A stretch of 62,990 nucleotides of DNA, counting the filler, from Platydemus manokwari (lineage: Eukaryota): the NCBI GenBank assembly GCA_037951405.1. It is 6 parts of 6 records of this genome, joined end to end, with 100 filler letters (N's around TTAATTAATTAA, not from the genome) between each part and the next. Parts side by side here need not be neighbours in the genome. Positions count along the whole stretch, not along the records: positions 52,882 to 62,990 come from JBBMOY011167991.1; 5 more parts are not named here. One strand, 5' to 3'. The position numbers were made by a program, and so were the translations under genes. Positions 53,749-62,990 of this stretch are shown here, piece after piece; position 1 is the first letter of the stretch, and the number at the start of each line of letters is the position of its first letter. The notes beneath the pieces were generated by a model. The model ran no database searches and was not told where the DNA came from. It worked only from the letters and a program-made list of their open reading frames with translations.

Positions 53749-56700
53749 TATATATATATATATATAGCTATTACTTATTTTATTATTATATCATATTTTG
53801 TTATATATTAGATGAAATTATTTTTCATTAAAAAATTGAAAATTTGTTTGTGAAATTTGATTATTAATCACTTGACTGTTATCAATTTGGAACGAGTTAT
53901 ATCAACCAAATATAAATAGTGGTCTTATATTTTATTGTCACCTTATTCAGTATTACATCACAATTCATTGATATCTCGTTTAATTTTCATCTGACTCTTC
54001 AATTTAATTTATTGAAATGCAATGCATTTGATTGTTAAGTTGGAAATATTATATTTTTGTTTTCATCTTTGCATTTGATATGATTGCCGTATTTTCTGCC
54101 AAAGCCACACCAAGTTAAACCTAAAAGTTATTTGAGTGGAGTGATTGATGAGGAAAAATAAATGTTAATTTTTGTGAAACGAATTTCGACACCGGGATGT
54201 TTAGAAATTAAAAAATTTATCATCAAAATGAAAACATAAAATTTCAAGTTTAAAGCCTGTGCAATTTGTCAGAAGTGGCTTGATGTAAAATTAGTCGTAC
54301 AATTTTGTCGCATATTTAAATTCTTGCACAAAAGACATATTTTCATTAATATCAAAGTAATATAAACAGCAAAAAAAGCCGTTAGAATCATCTCACAATT
54401 GTGTTTATCAAAAATTAAATAAATAATTTTTATTAAGTAGTACCGTTTGATTCATTACATAATTATTTAGAAACTAATTAATTATACAAGTGGATAAGAT
54501 CTCTTTCACTGTAACGATATTTGAAATGTGATGTTTGGGAAATTTGATTATTTATATATTTAAGATATGACATCTTCACTGTGCAGAAGTTTTTCGAATT
54601 GATTTCACTAGATTTATTTTGTTTTTGTTTAAATATAAATAAAGGATTTTAAATAAATTATTTATGCCATAAAAATTCTTAACGAGTGCTATAATATTGA
54701 CAACGGTTATAAACATTTTCAATTTGAACATCTTCCAATATACGTTTGTGTCCTTATTTGTTGACATTACATAGATTATTGATTTAAAATATGTTTATTT
54801 TATGTTCAACTTGATGATTGTTTTATCAACAATATATTATTCTATAGGAGTTTCGAGATCCTTTGTCTTGTTCGGTTGAAAATGACGTAAATATCACCGA
54901 ATTTATTATTAATTTAGATTTTCTATTTATTACGAAAAATAATGACAAAAATATGGTAAAAATAAATTTTGCATAACATTTTTTCATGTATAGGAATTAT
55001 CTTATCATTTTCAAACTAAATATAAAACGACTAATGTTGCCTCTTTTACCTTATTGTATTTTACAAGCAAAAATATCGCATTCTCTTACCTAGTACCACA
55101 ATACTGCAAAGTGCTAGCTTTCAATTATTGAGACACTGGTCATCATAAAAAGAAATAGTAATTTAAACACTTCAATCTCATAATATTATGATATTATAGA
55201 ATAATGCTATCTTATGATTCACCATGTTCATTTACATTATATTGCTTTTCTTCTAATGTGCTTCACTTAAATACCTTTATGTTGTATGGGATACTAAACT
55301 TAAAATTGCGATTAATGTTTTATGCAGAGTTGGATTTATTAGGATGTACCAATGACTCTTAAATCATTTTTAAGCGATAAGAAATGATGCCAAGATTTCT
55401 ATCACTTTATTATGGGTTTTTATGCTGTCATTTTGTTCTGAATTGAACATGAACTCGTGAACAATCGGTACGCGACTAGGAGGCTAAGTTAATATAGAAA
55501 ACGATTTAATAAATGATTTATTTGACTTTCTACGTAATTTTGATGAATAGAAAGGCTTATGAAACTCGTTGACTATCGGTTGATTACCTTTTGGAATTAG
55601 TAACTAGTTCAATCTGCTAAAAGTTTCTGAGAAAAAATTAATTCAAACAATGTTCATTATGCCAAACCTATTAAAATCGATCACATGAATTTAATTTCCC
55701 AAGACCTTAAAATGGAATTGGACGATAGTCAATCAGGAATTATTTGACGGATAATCTTGTTTATATGATTGTTACATAGTGGGGGTAGGAAAAAATAAGA
55801 AAACAAGAAAATAAGATCTGAATTTGATAAGTTCATTTCTAAGCTTTTTAAACATTATTTGAAAAGCATATTGTTCAGATAATTTAAAACTCAGTGCTCA
55901 GTGACGATGAACTTGAGATATTTCATTAATCCATATTAATGATGTAGAAAACAATCAATTGAAAGAACATCTCAATTATATGTAATATGATGTGAAAAAC
56001 CAACTTGTTAATATTCAGCATTCTTAAAAATAAAAATCCCGTTTTTGAAAAATATTGATTGATAAAATTTTTACCGGTTTTGAAACTTATTTTAGCTTTG
56101 AAATTCTATCTTTTATATGTGTCTTTAATAACGAATGTGGTTTTTACTAGAATGAAAGCACGTCCATGAATTTATCATTGAAATGGTAACTTATTGATTA
56201 GAAATTTTTTATTCGATATCTTGCACAATATAATTGTTTTTAATATAATTTCCTTCCAAATGATTTAATTTTCCTTTAATTTTATTCTTTATAAAAATTC
56301 CTTCTCTCATAGTCGAACATATGATTCTGTTGAGATTTTCTATGTGACTGTTTTGCTTGTATGAAACTAACATGCAATTACAATGGATGTCCATGGTCAA
56401 GTGGTAAGTGATAGTGAAGTTAAATTAAAGTACCATTTGTTTTAATGTACCAATTATTTTGATCATGAGATGATGGATTTGATTTTTTACAAAACCAGTC
56501 TATTGGTGGAATAGCTATCGGAATTGTGTGTGATTCCATTAGCAAACCTTTCATCATAATCTTTAAAATATGTTTTGATAATGATCGATAAAATTATTGC
56601 CTAGATTTATTGTTTAGAAAAAGCGAAAAAAGTCCTCGGTCAAACAAAATTTACCATTACCTCCTCCGCCTTCTGTAGTAAATCCCGTTGCTCAAGGTAC

Positions 56701-57209
56701 TTGTTATTCCTTTAATTAAATGTATTTTATGCAATGGTTTGATTTTATAAATAATCGAAGCATGAATAACTAATGTAAACAAACAATTTTCATTCTAAAT
56801 AAAACAATTGATTGATTGTAGCAATTATTTCTACAAACCGCAAATATTAAAATGACAGTTTTATTGAACTTATTCTTTGATTCGCCGAGCTAAACGACTT
56901 AAATGTTTGCGTATACTTTAGTTTGTATTTATTTAGCGCAAATGAAACTCTTGGTGAATGAAATTTATAGAAAATGCCTAATTGAAAATTCAAATAAAAA
57001 ATAATCCATCCCAGCAATTGATTTTTGATCAGCGCACTTTTTAAATGTTTCTTTCGATTTGAATAGTCACATGTTTACGTTTGTCAATTTTGTAACAATC
57101 CCATATGTGTTATTATTGGTGTTGGTGTTTTGTGTTCTCATGAATTTCAAGTTATTTGATTATGTAATTTTTTTAATATTGGATTCTCATTTGATGGTTT
57201 TCGTTGTTA

Positions 57210-57849
57210 TTTTATTAATTATCATTGAAAATACAATCACTGAGGAGGTTACATTTTATTCGACGATAACATTTCACTTCACTTTCTTTGAGAATTTCAA
57301 ACACTGATGTTTTCGATATAATGAAATGTCGAGCGATTTCTCGTTGACTGAAAAGACGTCTGTTCATTGCACCGCGTTGCACAGGTGAAACAGCCAAATC
57401 TTTCATTGTGGCACGTGCCTCATCCGAAATTCGTTTCTTTGGACTCGTTCCCTTTTGGTGTGTACTAGCTATTTCAGGAAATTCTCGTTTCAATGTAACA
57501 ACCACATTATTAACCTGATGCCTTGTAATCGTTTAAAAAATAGTTGGTAACACAGCTAGACATTTATGTCAGTCCCCAAGTCGGATTTTCATTTTTGAAA
57601 AGAATAGTCACTTGCCTTTGAAAGTCTGAAAGGTGTTTCATGTTTCCTTCCATGATGTGGGTATCAAATAGAATCTAAAATAAATCAAAATAGAAATGAA
57701 TAATCACGCTGCTTTGAAGTGCACGGACGACATATTGAGCATCTATGAGTGTAATACAACATATGCCTTTAAAAAACTTTGTTAAAGTTATTCTTTGTAA
57801 AAATAAATAGTAGTTTGACCAACTTTCCGCTTTTCTAGCGACCACCCTG
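57210..57849 (-). mobile_element. Tc1/mariner-superfamily relic: 5' TIR plus transposase N-terminal HTH
   Basis: The minus strand begins TA|CAGGGTGGTCGCTAGAAAAGCGG (57851 leftwards). ORF 57215-57505 has the HTH SQREIARHFIISKTSVFEILKESEVKCYRRIKCNLLS; the DDE domain is missing. Confidence 0.72.
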
Positions 57850-58734
57850 TATTTTGCCGGAATTTATTCACTATTCCCATCTTAAAGTCCTAAAAGTACA
57901 TTAACTTATTTATTAACTTAAAAGCTTATTTATAATGCATCCTTCCAGATAAACCGATATCTCATTAAAACATTGCACTTTTAAATAGAGATTTAGAATA
58001 AACAATACGAAAATCTAGAACTCTTGCTTTGCCGACCAATGGAGAAATACACTTTTGAATAGGTTGATTTTACTATCTGATAAAAACCATTACCATTTTT
58101 CAACAGAGACAAACAAAAAAAATTTCTTGAGCTTTTGCTTTTATTTGATCAATGATTTTATTCAATGATGTTGTTTGTGTAACAATTGATTTTCGATGCT
58201 TAGATTACTATCGCAGCTTTTGTTCGGAGAAGTACAAGGTTTGACCAGTAAATCAATTATGCTATGATTATTGGTCTGACTTTAATCAATAAAATGCTAA
58301 AAGATAAAAATTTTATTGGCCTCCCAATATATAAGGTATTAAATAATCGGGTGTTTATAAGAAAAATATATTTAAATTATTTTCATTATTTAAATAATTA
58401 AACTTTCTTCGTTTGAATGTTTATTGGACTGAACTCAATCTTTCATCTAAACGAGTTGGATAATTATATAAATAAATTAATTGATAATATTTTATTGCCC
58501 AACAAAGGTCTTTATTCTGAGATCAGTGGATCACAAAAACCCATCGGTGAATTTCATTTGTTCGATGTTTTTCAGATTTCAAAATGAATCACTGATATTA
58601 TTGATTGTATCATCACGAAACCAGCAAAGTCGCACAATGGGGTCATGCTTTCGTCTCATTTTCCGAAAGATTAAGATAAATATGCTTCGCTTGGCTAGTT
58701 ATCGAAACATCAATCAATAACTGATCGTCTAAAG

Positions 58735-58962
58735 CGGAGGTCTCCAAACTTTTTCAGCAAAAGGGCACATTGCTGATTTTTTAAAATTTTGAGGGCCAAA
58801 ACTATGATAGATTTACAAAAATTGTGTTTCAAAATGAGTAGTTGAAATCATTAACAAGTCATTTAAATGTACATCAGACAACCGTGACCTGTAGCAAGAT
58901 TTTTGTCATAATGTTCGTGTGTTTCATAGTAAGCTTAGCGGGCCGTACTTTGGAGACCCCTG
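58735..58962. mobile_element. hAT Charlie-type MITE, 228 bp
   Basis: TIRs cggaggtctccaaact ... actttggagacccctg, subterminal gggcac/gggcc motifs, and flanks gtctaaag / ctctagat resembling a decayed nTCTAGAn 8-bp target duplication. Confidence 0.8.
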
Positions 58963-58971
58963 CTCTAGATA

Positions 58972-59300
58972 ATTATTTGAGTTTTAAATTAAAATTATAA
59001 ATCTAGTTAACTACAAACATGTTCAACAATATCTCTCAACTTGCTTCTAATGTTAAAAAAGGAGTCCAGTTAATTTTCAACAAATTGCAATTCAACCTAC
59101 TTTGGCACGTTTTCAAATAATAAAATTGAAAGAGACTTTGAAGCTTCAGTGTAATTAACATCTGACTTCCTACTAAAATTCTTATGAAGTACTTAAAAAT
59201 CCATTAATTGAAAATGTTTATAAAGAATATAATTAAATAAACTATATAGATTTTTGCTCTACACTCAACATTTTTAAAAAATTATTTTATGATTCTTTTT
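58972..59300 (+). repeat. Dispersed AT-rich repeat B, copy 2
   Basis: Diverged copy of 46303-46690. Confidence 0.8.
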
Positions 59301-60589
59301 CGTAATTTTTATCTCTCCATTTTATTAACTTCAGTATTTTTTTTTCATTAAGAATTGTTTTCAGATACAGTTACGCAATAATCAAAGTCAATCAAACCAT
59401 TCAAATAAATAAACCAACGAAATATTACAGAAAACAAAGAAAAAATATATTTAAACAAATCTATATTGGATGAGTACCTCGCTATTTCCAAAGATCATTA
59501 TTTTTTATCAAACGATTACATAACTGAAACTGCAACCATCGCAATCCATAACTAAAACCGTATCTTGAATTGCATTTATCAATTTGTAAACAACTTTGCT
59601 ATTACAACCCGTCTCAAAATGTTCATCGAGTCCATGGCCTATGTTTCTCTTAATATCAAGAAGAGAAATACAATCGTTCTAAAAGTAAACTTATATCAAT
59701 AACGATATTATAATGAACTCCCACTTTAGTGTCAACAGCAAGACCACAGTTACAACGAACAACAGTATAATCCATATAAAGATTCTGCCTGTTTAAAAAA
59801 ATGTCAAATTTTTGAAAATATTTATAAAATCCATGTAATGAAATTCATAATAAAATAAAAATCTAACAAAATGTGAAAACAAACCTAATACACAGTGGAC
59901 ATGTAACATTATTTTCTGAACCAGAATCATCATGGTTAATTGATTGTGATTCATCTTCCATATCTAAATAAACTTAAAATCGAAATAACCTGCAACGAAA
60001 CTAACCTTTTAAAATTAATTGAAAAATTTCTTCCTCCACACTATCCAGCAATGAAATATCAAAATCTATTTCCTAAAATCAAAAATGGTAAAATAATCCT
60101 ATTAACTATGATATTTTACATTGTCCATTAAAACATTTCTGATATTTTGACGTGTTAAATCAATAGAATTCATTCGTCTAATTTGCTTTTCACGTTGAAA
60201 AGTCTCACGGCATTTCTAAAAGCTTAAAAGTAAGCCTGATTCCAAAATAAAATATAAACTTTAATGAAATTTTCTCGTTTCCGAGCTGGATTATGTGAAT
60301 TATTGTATATATCTTGAAAGCTCATTTTATAAAAATTTCATATATTTATTAAAACAAATTTCAAAGGTTACTTAACTAATATCAATTAATAGGACTTATA
60401 ATTAAACTTGGAAGTGTTGAATAAGAATTTTTATAAATTTGCAATTTATTAGAAATCTTAAATTTATTTAACTGATAATTTTAAAATTAGTTAATATGAA
60501 AAGTATTAGGTAACATCAAATTTATTATTTTCAATTAATGAATAATTTGATCATAAGTCCAAAATTAAAGAACAAATAAATTTTGTTAA

Positions 60590-61342
60590 TTACTTGTTAA
60601 ACTATATCCTTCAATTTTCTAAAAATTTTCTAGTAGGTCTGAATATAGCTGTATTTAGCCTCCTACAATCTACGCACATTCTCGTCTCTTCATACTTTTT
60701 CTTAGCAAGCACTATTGGGAAATTCAACGCTGAATTACTTGGACTAAAATGTTTTATTCCAACATTCCATCTATTAGATGTTTAACTTCTTCTTCTAATC
60801 CTAGCCATTGGTTTATCAGTGTTTGTTTTGATACTATGCTTCACGATCTCGCATTTTCTTAAGTCATCTTGGCCTGTACTAAAACTATTTCGGTATTTCG
60901 ATAGAGACCTCATAAGATTATTCTTATCCTCAGGATTAAGTTTATCATCTAAGTTCTGTTCAATGTTTTATTAATATTTCATCTAGTGTACTTTCTCAAT
61001 TTTCGGAACATAAATTATGCAACCCAATTGAAATCCCAATGCTGTCTTCATTTATTTCATTTATCTCTTCTACCCAACCTAAATTCATTCCAGTATAAAT
61101 TTCCTTTGGTTTCATTCTCAATTTGTTTCAAGCTTAGCAAAGCATATCCGTTATTTGCTTTGAGCATCGAAAGCACTACTATCAAATCCCTATTTACTAT
61201 GTTTCTCTTATATGCTACAAAAACATACCCCAGAAAACTATTGATTTTTCTGCTATCGCTGTCATTAACTATAGCTTTTACAAAGTAATCACCACCCCAC
61301 AACAGCACATCATTCGCTAATATTACTCGTTTATTATTCTGG
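60590..61342 (-). mobile_element. Gypsy protease-linker-RT N-terminal fragment
   Basis: Minus strand: YRNSFSTGQDDLRKCEIVKHSIKT, then NFPIVLAKKKYEETRMCVDCRRLN (~60640-60720). Confidence 0.8.
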
Positions 61343-61359
61343 TCAAGAGGACTTTAGAA

Positions 61360-62990
61360 AATTGCGAGGTCAACCAATGGCTGTCAAACCCCGTATAATT
61401 CAATTAGAATTAGAAGAAGTTAAACATCTAATAGATGGAATGTTGGAATCAAACGTTATTAGTCTAAGTTATTCAGTGTGGAATTTCCCAATGATACTAG
61501 ACAAGAAAATGGAAGGAACGACTAGAATGGGCGTTGATTATGGAAAGATAAATGCAGCTACGCCCAGGCCAATTCCGAAGAAATATTTGATGCTATACAA
61601 GGAGCCAGATATTTTTCAACAATAGATTTGGTGAACGGAAATCATCAATTTGAATTGGAGGAAGAAGCAAAAGAGAAAACAGCATTCAGCACTAGATACG
61701 GACAATTTCAGTTTAATTGAATGCCTTTTGAATTATATTCAGCACCTGCGACTTTTCAGCAACTAATGAGTGTGGTATTGAAGACTGAAAATTGAACAAA
61801 CTGTGTAATCTATCTAGATGATATCATGATATTTCGAAGAACAGTCAATGAACACAATGAAAAGTTAGAAAGAGTTTTTAATCAAATCGATGAAGCTGGG
61901 TTGAAAATAGCTCAAAAGAAATGTTTTTTCTCAAGAAAATAAATTAAGCATCTTGGACACGTGATTGACGTAAAACGGCATACGAACAGATGAAGACAAG
62001 CTTGAGGTAATAAAAATTGGTTAAAACCTCAATGTGTCAAGGGATTGCAGGAATTTCTGGGATCATGTTGTTATTATAGGCGGTTTATAAAGGATTTTGC
62101 TGGTATTACCCAACCGCTTTACGAATTACTGAAGAAAGAGTATAAATTTTAGTGGAACGATTTAGCAACTGCATCTTTTCACAAATTAAAATAATAATTA
62201 ATTTTACCACCAGTCCTAACTTTGCCATGCAAAGAAGGTAAATATGATGCATCTTTCGGTGCTATTGGAGCCGTGTTATATCAAATATAAAACGGTGAAG
62301 AACGAGTGATAGCCTATGCATCAAGAATAATGACAAAAGCGCAGCCTAAATATTGTATAACAAGAAAAGAGTTGCTATCCATCTATGTGTTTGTTAAAAT
62401 ATTTAAGCACTACTTATATGGTAAGAAATTTATTGCCAGAACTGATCATGTAGCTCTGAAATGGTTGATGAATTTGAATTCTCCTAATACATTACAATAT
62501 TGTATATTGAAAGCAGAGCTAGAATATAGAAAAGGTAAAGAGCACATCAATGCAGTTGGGATATCACGATTTCCACGTTGTAAAAAATGCTCTATAAAGC
62601 ATCAAAACCCACAAAAAGACGTAATATAAAGGTGGAATATGAAAAGAGCAATATATTGTGTGAAGAAGATGAGGAAATTCCGCGTCGAGTGGAACAAAAC
62701 AAGTTTTTAGATAAGAATAAAGATTTATACCGGTTTATACCAGGTATCATGTATTATTTTTCCAAATATGTATCGCTTATCTCATTAAAGCATATCACTG
62801 CAGAAAATGTAGCTGATGGATTATGGAAAGAGTGGATAATAAAATTTGGAGCTCCAGTATGTATCCATTCTGACAACAGAACAAAATTTCAATCCACATT
62901 AATATCCGAATTCTGCGTTAGTATGGAAATAAAGAGAACATTTTCTTCACCATATTATCCACAGTCAAATGGTCTAATTGAGAGAACTTT
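61360..62990 (+). mobile_element. Decayed Ty3/Gypsy pol (RT-RNase H-integrase), running off the window
   Basis: WNFPM...RMGVDYGKIN, KTAFSTRYG, MPF, IYLDDI (~61808-61825), YYRRFIKDFAGITQPL, YDASFGAIGAVL, IAYASR...YCITRKELL...RTDHVALKWL, and integrase FGAPVCIHSDN and SPYYPQSNGLIERT. Stops, frameshifts and loss of the integrase zinc-binding region. Confidence 0.92.

Noticed and set aside
56335-56403. Cys-rich candidate exon (FLCDCFACMKLTCNYNGCPWSS) with a gtaagt donor; also exon-like 54848-54886
   Set aside because: It needs a weak GAG acceptor, and no partner exons or protein family could be identified.
1-62990. Prokaryotic-type system (CRISPR, retron, defence island) built from RT + PolB + nuclease
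   Set aside because: The DNA is intron-containing eukaryotic sequence; RT, RLE and PolB belong to separate decayed transposons, on different contigs or without functional linkage; no repeat-spacer array was seen.

Overview
This is AT-rich eukaryotic (animal) genomic DNA. The ~50-nt GT-AG introns, the GPCR type and the transposon mix suggest a flatworm, probably a planarian, but that is inference. The window is not one locus. It is six segments joined by identical artificial 100-nt spacers (44 N + TTAATTAATTAA + 44 N) at 9481, 18360, 27664, 39873 and 52782, and genes break off at these joins. Host genes recognised: last exon of an LZTS/Fez1-family coiled-coil gene (4056-4391), the first four exons of UCKL1 (7987-8793), a single-exon PDZ+3xLIM Enigma/Zasp-type gene (16239-17195), the start of a probable DUF229-type membrane protein (18047-18359), the last two exons of Hakai/CBLL1 (19171-20512), the first exon of a CACNG/TARP (claudin-superfamily) gene (minus strand, ~31320-31601), and a 3-exon rhodopsin-class orphan GPCR with a long N-terminal extension (48076-50506). 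Much of the rest is decayed mobile DNA: several Ty3/Gypsy fragments, an RLE-type (NeSL/R2/R4-like) non-LTR element, a Maverick/Polinton-type DNA polymerase B fragment, two Tc1/mariner relics and two hAT-type MITEs. No CRISPR array, rRNA or tRNA was seen, and I cannot support a new multi-gene system. The best leads are the ectodomain-bearing GPCR, the Polinton fragment within Gypsy debris, the RLE element's target site and a few structured non-coding elements. All protein calls come from manual translation and motif recognition, not database searches.
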